34,603 nt of DNA from Minisyncoccota bacterium (GTDB lineage Bacteria; Patescibacteriota; Minisyncoccia; UBA6257; MFKM01), in contig JAVHOD010000052.1 in NCBI GenBank assembly GCA_036169835.1, positions 1 to 34,603 of the forward strand, read 5' to 3'. The position numbers and the translations under genes were made by a program. The notes under the pieces were generated by a model that was not told where the DNA came from, searched no databases, and saw only the letters and a program-made list of their open reading frames with translations. Below, piece after piece: positions 1 to 6,908 of this stretch. The stretch's first letter is position 1, and every line of letters starts with the position of its first letter.

Positions 1-186
1 GCCATTGATAAATTTAAAATATTCAAAGTTTTTTTGTTTGCCTTTCTCGATCAGAGTCATCATCCCGGCCGCCGTTTTCATAAGAAAATTTATCGCTAAG
101 TGGCCCACATTATGATAAGTCGGGGCGTATTGAGCGGCGGGATTGCCTAAACCGACAATAAGACGGTATTTATTTTTTTTATCCAT
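1..186 (-). CDS. pth: Peptidyl-tRNA hydrolase, N-terminal part (gene runs off window start)
   Basis: Reverse translation from ATG (rc of 184-186) reads MDKKNKYRLIVGLGNPAAQYAPTYHNVGHLAINFL..., matching the LIVGLGNPG..Y..T.HN.G Pth N-terminal signature. It is absent from the ORF track because there is no stop inside the window. Confidence 0.8.
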   Translation of the reverse strand, partial: MDKKNKYRLIVGLGNPAAQYAPTYHNVGHLAINFLMKTAAGMMTLIEKGKQKNFEYFKFING

Positions 187-203
187 AATTATTTAGATAA
201 GGG

Positions 204-390
204 CTTGCCCAGTTAACTCAACTCCGAATAAGTAAAAATTTATTGAGATAAATTTTTACTTGAATTGTGCTCCGCTAATCTCTTTCTATTATATTATTGG
301 TATGATCTACATAATATTCTCTATTTCTTTGAACTTAACAATATAAGTAAAGTATAGAAGAATATCATCGGAGTTGAGTTACTGGGCTTG
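204..390. repeat. Inverted-repeat-bounded intergenic element, copy 1 (179 bp core 208-386, flanked by CTTG/CTTG)
   Basis: cccagttaactcaactccga (208-227) is the near-perfect complement of tcggagttgagttactggg (368-386). CTTG lies at 204-207 and again at 387-390. An internal 13-bp hairpin spans 230-261. Confidence 0.75.
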
Positions 391-438
391 ATTTTCGGCT
401 TTTTAACATTATAATATAACAGATATTAATATACTATT

Positions 439-981
439 ATGCGGAAATTTTTTTGGTCATTCTTGGAGATTTTGGAAGTCGTAGCCATTTCCGTTTTTGC
501 CGTTTTTATTATCAGGACTTTTTTGTTTCAGCCCTTTTTGGTCAGCGGCGCCAGCATGGAGCCGACTTTTTCCAACGGGAATTATATTTTAGTTGATGAA
601 GTAAGCTACCGATTCCGCGAGCCCCAGCGGGGCGAAGTGATAGTTTTCGAACCTCCGGTCGGGGGCAGTTATTTCATTAAAAGGATTATCGGGTTGCCTA
701 ATGAAAAAGTGAAAATTCAAGACGGCGAAATTATTATTTTTGATCCAGGGGGCAATAAAATTTTGCTTAAAGAAAGCTATATTCCGGCTGATATCAAAAC
801 CTTCGGGGACTTAGAGGCGGTTTTGAAGCCGGACCAATATTTTGTTTTGGGCGATAACCGCAATTACAGTTTTGATTCCCGCGCCTGGGGCTTTTTAGCC
901 AAAGACAAAATTATCGGCTTGGTGAAATTGAGAATCTGGCCGATTACCTCCGTTATGGCCTTTGGAACGCCGAATTATTAA
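439..981 (+). CDS. lepB: Signal peptidase I
   Basis: 180 aa with an N-terminal TM helix. SGASMEPT Ser box and GDNRNYSFDSR box E are S26 family signatures. Confidence 0.9.
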   Translation: MRKFFWSFLEILEVVAISVFAVFIIRTFLFQPFLVSGASMEPTFSNGNYILVDEVSYRFREPQRGEVIVFEPPVGGSYFIKRIIGLPNEKVKIQDGEIIIFDPGGNKILLKESYIPADIKTFGDLEAVLKPDQYFVLGDNRNYSFDSRAWGFLAKDKIIGLVKLRIWPITSVMAFGTPNY

Positions 982-984
982 ATA

Positions 985-1148
985 TATGCCCAGTGACTCA
1001 ACTCCGATGGTCCATCTGAATTTTCGGAAGAAAATTCAGATGGACAGAAGTACTGGGCAAAGAGTAAGATTAATTAAATAAAACAAAATCATTAATTATC
1101 AACTTTGACATATCTGATAGAATGTCGGAGTTGAGTTAACTGGGTATG
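985..1148. repeat. Inverted-repeat-bounded intergenic element, copy 2 (156 bp core 989-1144, flanked by TATG/TATG)
   Basis: cccagtgactcaactccga (989-1007) pairs with tcggagttgagttaactggg (1125-1144). TATG lies at 985-988 and at 1145-1148; the latter contains the hisS ATG. A perfect 15-bp hairpin spans 1010-1045, and TGATAGAAT lies at 1115-1123. Confidence 0.8.
1115..1123 (+). promoter_or_regulatory. Extended -10-like box TGATAGAAT upstream of hisS, inside element copy 2
   Basis: TGnTAGAAT motif 22 nt upstream of the hisS ATG. The same TGATAGAAT occurs upstream of nrdD (rc of 9959-9967), and TAGAAT occurs upstream of the NYN gene. Confidence 0.4.
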
Positions 1149-2459
1149 GAAGGCGCTAAAAATAAAAAGATCAAAAAAAACAAACAAATTTTTCAGGCGC
1201 CCAAAGGGATGCCCGACATCCTTCCCAGGGATCAGGTTTGGTGGGAAAGAATTTTTGAAGTCGGGAAAGAAGTCAGTTCTCTATATGATTTTTCTTTCAT
1301 TGAAACTCCGATTTTAGAATCGGCGGGGCTTTTTGAAGCGTCATTGGGCGAAGCCAGTGATGTCATTGAAAAGCAGATGTATGTTTTTAACACTAAAGGC
1401 GATCAGCGTCTGGCTCTGCGGCCCGAAGGCACCACTCCGATTTGTCGGGCTTATTTGGAAAACCACATGGGCTATTACGCTCATCCCTTGAAGGTGTTCT
1501 ATCACGGGCCGATGCTCCGTTACGAGCAGCCCCAGGCGGGTCGCTACCGCCAGCATCATCAATGGGGATTTGAGATTATGGGGGATAATCATCCGGTTTA
1601 TGACGCCCAGATAATTTTTGCCATTCACCGTTTTTTGAATCTGTTAAAAATAAAAGGCATCAATTTTCGGATTAATACCATCGGTTGCCGGGTTTGCCGA
1701 CCCAATTACCGGAGAAAACTTTTGGAATATTATCAGCCTCTTAAAAAAGAACTTTGCGAGGATTGCCAGCGCCGGCTGGAGGTTAATCCATTGCGGTTGC
1801 TTGACTGTAAAAACGGAAATTGCCTGGCCTTAAGATCTTCGGCTCCGGTGATTCTTAACCACCTTTGTCAGAATTGCAATAATCATTTGCGGGGTGTTTT
1901 GGAATTCGTTGAAGATAATGATCTGGCTTATATTTCCGACCCTTTTTTGGTAAGGGGGTTGGATTATTACAATCGGACGGTTTTTGAGATAGACGTTCCT
2001 GAACTGAAAATGGCTTTGGCGGCCGGCGGCCGTTACGATTATCTTACGGAGATAATCGGAGGCCAAAGCGTGCCGGGCGTCGGCGGCTCAATCGGCCTTG
2101 AAAGAGTAATTGAGGTGATGAAGCAGCAGCAGATTGTTCCCGAATTAAAATCCAAGCCGCGAGTTTTTTTTATCGCGGTCGGGGACCAGGCGGAGAAATC
2201 GGGCTTGGTTTTGGTGGAAAATATGCGGCGGGCCGGCATTGCCGTCAGCGAAGCCCTGGGCCGAAAATCCCTTAAAGCGCAATTGAAAGCCGCCGACAAA
2301 AAAGGAGTTCCTTTGGTTTTAATTTTTGGCCAAAAAGAGGTTTTTGAAGAGACGATTATTCTCAGGGATATGAAATCCGGTGTTCAAGAAAATATGCTTT
2401 TAAGCAAATTAGTCGAAGAAATTAAAAAAAGATTACATCCGAATCATTCGACCAAATAG
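1146..2459 (+). CDS. hisS: Histidine--tRNA ligase
   Basis: 437 aa. Class II aaRS/HisRS motifs are present (APKGMPD, LRPEGT, GGRYD) plus a C-terminal anticodon-binding domain. Confidence 0.9.
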   Translation: MEGAKNKKIKKNKQIFQAPKGMPDILPRDQVWWERIFEVGKEVSSLYDFSFIETPILESAGLFEASLGEASDVIEKQMYVFNTKGDQRLALRPEGTTPICRAYLENHMGYYAHPLKVFYHGPMLRYEQPQAGRYRQHHQWGFEIMGDNHPVYDAQIIFAIHRFLNLLKIKGINFRINTIGCRVCRPNYRRKLLEYYQPLKKELCEDCQRRLEVNPLRLLDCKNGNCLALRSSAPVILNHLCQNCNNHLRGVLEFVEDNDLAYISDPFLVRGLDYYNRTVFEIDVPELKMALAAGGRYDYLTEIIGGQSVPGVGGSIGLERVIEVMKQQQIVPELKSKPRVFFIAVGDQAEKSGLVLVENMRRAGIAVSEALGRKSLKAQLKAADKKGVPLVLIFGQKEVFEETIILRDMKSGVQENMLLSKLVEEIKKRLHPNHSTK

Positions 2460-2469
2460 ATTAATTCGC

Positions 2470-2892
2470 ATGGATTGTTTATTTTGTAAAATAATAAAAA
2501 AAGAAATACCGGCTGAGATTATTTATGAAGACGAGAACGCTTTAGCTATTTTAGATATTAATCCCCGAGCCCCGGGTCACACGATGGTCCTCTCTAAAGT
2601 TCATAGCGAGACAATCCTGGATTTGCCGGAAAATGAAGTCGGGCCGCTTTTTTCAGCCGTCAAAAAAATTACCCGATTAATCCAAAAAAGCTTGAATCCC
2701 GAAGGGTTTACTATTGGAATCAATCACGGTAAAATAAGCGGCCAGGTCATTGACCATCTGCATATTCACATTATTCCCAGATTTAAAAATGACGAGGGGA
2801 GTTCAATTCACAGCGTGGTCAATAATCCGCCCAAAGAGTCGTTAAAAGAGATAAAGAATAAAATAAAATTACAAAGCGATTATGGAAATTAG
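2470..2892 (+). CDS. HIT-family (histidine triad) nucleotide hydrolase
   Basis: 140 aa with the histidine triad HLHIHIIP. Confidence 0.9.
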   Translation: MDCLFCKIIKKEIPAEIIYEDENALAILDINPRAPGHTMVLSKVHSETILDLPENEVGPLFSAVKKITRLIQKSLNPEGFTIGINHGKISGQVIDHLHIHIIPRFKNDEGSSIHSVVNNPPKESLKEIKNKIKLQSDYGN

Positions 2893-3091
2893 AAAAAAAG
2901 AAAAAGAATCGGTTGCCGGTCTCCTTTACCGCTTCAGTTTAAAGATGAAACAAAGCGGGATACTTCGCGAAGTTAAGAAGCGGCGTTTTTATCATCGGCC
3001 GCCTAATCGCCGCAAAACTCGGATCGCGGCTGTTTATCGCGAAGGCAAAAAGAAAGAGCTGGAGAAAGCCAAAAAATTAGGCGAATTATGA
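2882..3091 (+). CDS. rpsU: 30S ribosomal protein bS21
   Basis: 69 aa, very basic, S21-like core (LLYRFSLKMKQSGILREVKKRRFYHRPPNRRK). It overlaps the HIT stop by 11 nt and the ybeY start by 4 nt. Confidence 0.75.
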   Translation: MEIRKKEKESVAGLLYRFSLKMKQSGILREVKKRRFYHRPPNRRKTRIAAVYREGKKKELEKAKKLGEL

Positions 3092-3492
3092 ACGAAATTT
3101 CGGTTGTCAGTCTGAATAATAAATACCGATTTTTAGAGAAAAAAATAAGAAGGATAACCCACAAATTCCTTCAATTGCTGAAAAAAGAAAATTGTCATTT
3201 AGGGATTTTTTTAGTTACCAGCCGGAAAATGAAATTTTTAAATAAGAAATTCAGAAATAAAGACAAGACGGCCGAAATTCTTACTTTTATTGAACCGAAA
3301 AAATATCCCCATCCGGAATCCAAGTTTAAATTTCTTGGGGAAATTTATTTAAATCCCGATTGTATCGCGCCGGAAAATATTAGCCGTCTGGCAGCCCACG
3401 GCCTGCTTCATTTATTCGGTTTTTTTCACAAGAAAAAAAGTGATAGAATAAGAATGGAGGCTAAAGAATATTTTTTAATTTCCCATGTCTAA
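3088..3492 (+). CDS. ybeY: rRNA maturation endoribonuclease YbeY
   Basis: 134 aa with the zinc motif HGLLHLFGFFH (H-x3-H-x5-H). Confidence 0.85.
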   Translation: MNEISVVSLNNKYRFLEKKIRRITHKFLQLLKKENCHLGIFLVTSRKMKFLNKKFRNKDKTAEILTFIEPKKYPHPESKFKFLGEIYLNPDCIAPENISRLAAHGLLHLFGFFHKKKSDRIRMEAKEYFLISHV

Positions 3493-4708
3493 TATCATTA
3501 CCGGTCTTGATATCGGGTCAAGCAGCATCAAAGTCGTAGTTTCGGAAATCAAAAACAACGGCCGTTTTCTGGTTTTAGGAGCTTTCAAACGGCCTTCGGT
3601 CGGATTCAGAAAAGGGGTTTTATCCGATTTTGAAGACGCTACGGTTTCTTTGAGAAACATTATCAGTGATCTTAAGGGATTAAGCCCTAAAGCGCTTAAA
3701 AATGTTTATGTCAATGTTAATGGCGCCAATATTAAATCTTGTCTTTCAAAAGGCGTAGCCGGCGTGGCGCGGGCTGACAGCGAGATTCGCCGTGATGACG
3801 TTGAGAAGGCCATCCAAGCCTCCCGAGCCGTGAATTTGTCTTCAAATTACGTCGTGCTTCACAATATCACCCGCGAATTTTTCGTTGACGGCATCGGAGG
3901 GATTCAAGACCCTTTGGGGATGACTGGTACCAGGTTGGAAGTGAATAGCTTGGTGGTTGGGGCGTTTAGCCCCATAGTTAACGATCTGACCAAATGCCTG
4001 GAGCGGAACGGGATAACAACTGTCAGCGGCTTGATTTTCGGTCCTTTGGCGGCCAGTGAAGCGGTTTTATCAAAACAGCAAAAGGATTTGGGGGTTTTAG
4101 TGTTGGATATCGGGTTTGGCACTTCCAGTTTAGCCGTTTATGAAGAAAATAAAATTCTTAAAACTTTAAGTTTGCCGATAGGAGCCGGTAATATTACCAA
4201 CGACATTGCCGTTGGCTTGAGAATTCCGGTTGGAGCGGCGGAGAAAATAAAATTAAGTTATGGCTTCGCTTTTGCCAAAGAGACGCCGCGGCGCGAAGTT
4301 TTTAATTTACAGGAAATTGATAATTCATTAAAAGGCGAAATATCCAAACGTTTTCTTTCCGAAATTATTGAGGCGCGACTTGCCGAAATCTTTGAAATCA
4401 TAAATAATGAAATTAAGAGTTTGGACCCCAAGATCAATTTTCCGGCGGGCGTGGTTATCACCGGCGGGGGGGCTAAGTTGCCCGGAATAGTTGACCTGGC
4501 TAAGCAAGATTTAAAATTGCCGGTCCAGATTGGGCTTCCCGAGTTGACTAATTTTGATATCAAAGATTACGATTGTCAGGAGCTAATCAGCGATCCGGAA
4601 TTCGCCACGGCCGTAGGGTTGGCTATCTATGGGCTTAATCATCAGGAAGGAAACTCGCGCTCCTCAATTTTTAATTTGAAAAAATTTTTGCAGAATTTGA
4701 TACCATAA
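3485..4708 (+). CDS. ftsA: Cell division protein FtsA
   Basis: 407 aa actin-like ATPase. It has ITGLDIGSSSIKVVV phosphate-1 and VITGGGAKLPG motifs, and sits immediately upstream of ftsZ. Confidence 0.9.
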   Translation: MSNIITGLDIGSSSIKVVVSEIKNNGRFLVLGAFKRPSVGFRKGVLSDFEDATVSLRNIISDLKGLSPKALKNVYVNVNGANIKSCLSKGVAGVARADSEIRRDDVEKAIQASRAVNLSSNYVVLHNITREFFVDGIGGIQDPLGMTGTRLEVNSLVVGAFSPIVNDLTKCLERNGITTVSGLIFGPLAASEAVLSKQQKDLGVLVLDIGFGTSSLAVYEENKILKTLSLPIGAGNITNDIAVGLRIPVGAAEKIKLSYGFAFAKETPRREVFNLQEIDNSLKGEISKRFLSEIIEARLAEIFEIINNEIKSLDPKINFPAGVVITGGGAKLPGIVDLAKQDLKLPVQIGLPELTNFDIKDYDCQELISDPEFATAVGLAIYGLNHQEGNSRSSIFNLKKFLQNLIP

Positions 4709-4711
4709 GAG

Positions 4712-4956
4712 TATGCCCAGTAACTCAACTCCGATGGTATTCTTCTGTGATAATGCGTTGTAGGATAAAAAGATGAAGTTTATTTTATTGGTTATATCTA
4801 AAGAACCTAACAAAACAAACAGAAGAATACATCGGGACAAAAATCATTAAACCAAGATATATGAAAAATAAAAAACAAAACAAGTTAGTCGAATTAATAT
4901 CAATCAACTCCAAGATGAGAGATTTTTGTCTTTCGGAGTTGAGTTAACTGGGTATG
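4712..4956. repeat. Inverted-repeat-bounded intergenic element, copy 3 (237 bp core 4716-4952, flanked by TATG/TATG)
   Basis: cccagtaactcaactccga (4716-4734) pairs with tcggagttgagttaactggg (4933-4952). TATG lies at 4712-4715 and at 4953-4956; the latter contains the ftsZ ATG. A nested 17-bp stem pairs 4731-4748 with 4819-4835. Confidence 0.8.
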
Positions 4957-6087
4957 ACAAAAAATAAAAAATCCAAAGCTTTTAATCTGGCTCATATTAA
5001 AGTGGTGGGCGTGGGCGGCGCCGGCGGCCATATTATTACCCGAATGGCCCAGAAAGAAGGCATTAAAAACGTGGAATTTATTGCCATTAATACCGATGCC
5101 CAGGATTTGGAATACACTCAAGCTCGCAAGAAAATTTATATCGGCAAGACTTTAACAAGAGGGATGGGAGCCGGAATGAATCCGGAATTAGGCAGGCAGG
5201 CGGCCGAGGAAAATCGTTCCGAAATCAGCGAAGCGCTTCAAGGAGCCGATATTGTTTTTATTACGGCGGGTTTGGGCGGGGGGACCGGCTCTTTGGGGGC
5301 AGGCGTGGTGGCTGACATCGCCCGCGAGATCGGCGCTTTGACCATCGCTGTCGTCACCAAGCCGTTTTCTTTTGAAGGTGCCCAGCGGATGCGAATCGCC
5401 CAGGAGGCCTTAGCTCAAATTAAAACCAAAGTTGACACTTTGGTCGTTATTCCCAATGACCGGATTTTCAATATCATCAATAAAGATACCTCGCTTATTA
5501 AGGCCTTTGAATTTGTTGACGACATTTTAAAAAATGCGGTTCAAGCCATTACCGAACTGATTGTTTCTCCGGGGCTTATTAACTTGGATTTTGCCGATAT
5601 TAAAGCCGTAATGAAAGACGCCGGTTCGGCGATTATCGGCATCGGGGTGACCGCGGGAGCGGAGAGGGCGGCTAACGCGGTAAATATGGCTGTCAATTCA
5701 CCCTTATTGGAAAACTCAATTGATGGCGCTAAAGGCGTTCTTTTCAGTATTTCCGGCGGCCGGGACCTTAAAATGAGCGAAATCCAAATTATCGCCAAAA
5801 GTATTTCTGATTCCGTTGATCCCGGGGCTAAAGTTATATTCGGCGCTTATTACGACCGCCGGCTTCCCGCGAAACACATCAAAGTGACGATTATCGCCAC
5901 CGGATTCAGTTTCGGCAATACGCCTCAAATTATAAAGTCGGGTTCTTTGTTCACCCCTTTATACCAAGACGAGGCTGCGGAAATCGCCGACTTAGACAAT
6001 AAAAGAGAGAAACCGGTTGAAGAAAAAAATAAAGTTGAAGAAAAAACAGAAATTCCGTCTTTCCTGCGCCGCAAAAAACATCGGTAA
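4954..6087 (+). CDS. ftsZ: Cell division protein FtsZ
   Basis: 377 aa with VGVGGAGG and the GGGTGS tubulin signature. The C-terminal peptide is IPSFLRRK. Confidence 0.95.
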   Translation: MTKNKKSKAFNLAHIKVVGVGGAGGHIITRMAQKEGIKNVEFIAINTDAQDLEYTQARKKIYIGKTLTRGMGAGMNPELGRQAAEENRSEISEALQGADIVFITAGLGGGTGSLGAGVVADIAREIGALTIAVVTKPFSFEGAQRMRIAQEALAQIKTKVDTLVVIPNDRIFNIINKDTSLIKAFEFVDDILKNAVQAITELIVSPGLINLDFADIKAVMKDAGSAIIGIGVTAGAERAANAVNMAVNSPLLENSIDGAKGVLFSISGGRDLKMSEIQIIAKSISDSVDPGAKVIFGAYYDRRLPAKHIKVTIIATGFSFGNTPQIIKSGSLFTPLYQDEAAEIADLDNKREKPVEEKNKVEEKTEIPSFLRRKKHR

Positions 6088-6103
6088 ATAAATCTCAAAA
6101 ATC
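6074..6103 (+). repeat. Direct repeat DR1 (covers the last ftsZ codons, the stop and 16 nt downstream)
   Basis: aaaaacatcggtaaataaatctcaaaaatc is repeated at 6909-6935 as aaaaacaccggtaaaatctcaaaaatc, with one substitution and a 3-nt gap. Confidence 0.8.
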
Positions 6104-6151
6104 CGTTTCAGCCTGATTTCAAAGCCAGAGCCTCAATTTTTATTTATAAAT

Positions 6152-6157
6152 TAGAAT
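6152..6157 (+). promoter_or_regulatory. -10-like TAGAAT 5 nt upstream of the NYN gene ATG (possible leaderless transcript)
   Basis: Sequence reads tagaat-caaat-ATG, with no Shine-Dalgarno between the box and the start. Confidence 0.3.
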
Positions 6158-6162
6158 CAAAT

Positions 6163-6663
6163 ATGGCAAACAATGCGGCTTTTATAGATAGTAATAATCT
6201 TTATAAGGCAATGGAGATGATAGGCTGGAAGTTGGATAACGCCAAGTTCAGGACATTTCTTTCAGATAAGTATGATGTTTTGAAAGCTTATTTGTGCATC
6301 GGGTATGTACCGCAAAATCAGGCGATGTACACTAAACTGCAACAAAAAGGTTATATTCTGGTTTTCAAACCAATTCTTACGCTAAAAGACGGAACGACAA
6401 AGGGCAATTGCGACGCCGATCTTGTTTTGAGGGCGATGATTGAATATCCTAATTACGATAAAGCAGTCATTGTCGCCGGAGACGGGGATTATTATTCTTT
6501 GATTGATTACCTGAAATCGCAGAATAAATTAGAGCAAGTTCTTGTTCCCGATGAGGAGAGATATTCCGCGTTGCTTAAAAAGGTGAATGATGAGCATTTG
6601 AAATATATTTCCTTCATCAGTCGGATGAAAAATAAATTAGAATATTTATCGAAGAAGCCCTAA
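6163..6663 (+). CDS. NYN/LabA-like (PIN-related) nuclease-domain protein
   Basis: 166 aa with motifs FIDSNNLY, KGNCDADLV and VAGDGDYYSL, typical of the NYN (DUF88/LabA) domain. Confidence 0.7.
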   Translation: MANNAAFIDSNNLYKAMEMIGWKLDNAKFRTFLSDKYDVLKAYLCIGYVPQNQAMYTKLQQKGYILVFKPILTLKDGTTKGNCDADLVLRAMIEYPNYDKAVIVAGDGDYYSLIDYLKSQNKLEQVLVPDEERYSALLKKVNDEHLKYISFISRMKNKLEYLSKKP

Positions 6664-6908
6664 AAATGAAAAGGGCCCCAGAAGGACGGAACCTTAAGGG
6701 AGCCTTTTCGTGATGATACCTCAATATACTACACTAAGCTCCCGTAAAAGTAAACTGTGCATATCTAACGGGGCGAAAATAACCAATAAACCGCACCACT
6801 CGAGTTAAGGATTGAACTCGTACTGCCGCTGTCGAGGGTTGTCATAGTGGCGAAAGTCGAGAACTAATATTAATATTTGTTTGCGCGATTACGAGCTACG
6901 CGATAAAT
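6664..6908 (+). other. Unassigned, relatively GC-rich noncoding segment with several local stems (candidate structured RNA or decayed gene)
   Basis: No ORF of 60 aa or more on either strand. Stems seen: GGGAGC 6698-6703 / GCTCCC 6738-6743; CGAGTT 6801-6806 / AACTCG 6815-6820; GCCGC 6825-6829 / GTGGC 6847-6851. It lies inside the DR1/DR2-bounded cassette. The strand is not established. Confidence 0.3.

Noticed and set aside
986-1081. Small ORFs starting at the left TATG duplicates (MPSDSTPMVHLNFRKK..., 31 aa; and MPSNSTPMVFFCDNAL, 16 aa, at 4713-4763)
   Set aside because: The shared MPS.STPMV prefix is simply the translated inverted-repeat terminus. The sequences diverge immediately afterwards and have different lengths. 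They are probably incidental, although the retained former start codon could still be translated as a short leader peptide.
1341-2299. Antisense ORFs inside hisS (1341-1628, 1830-2066, 2039-2299, minus strand)
   Set aside because: They lie entirely within and opposite a well-supported CDS, and I recognise no motifs in them. Their composition is typical of shadow ORFs. The same reasoning applies to the other antisense or out-of-frame track ORFs within ftsA, ftsZ, nrdD, nrdG, iorA, iorB, the ATPase, the ABC genes, rlmN, the helicase and the flavoprotein gene.
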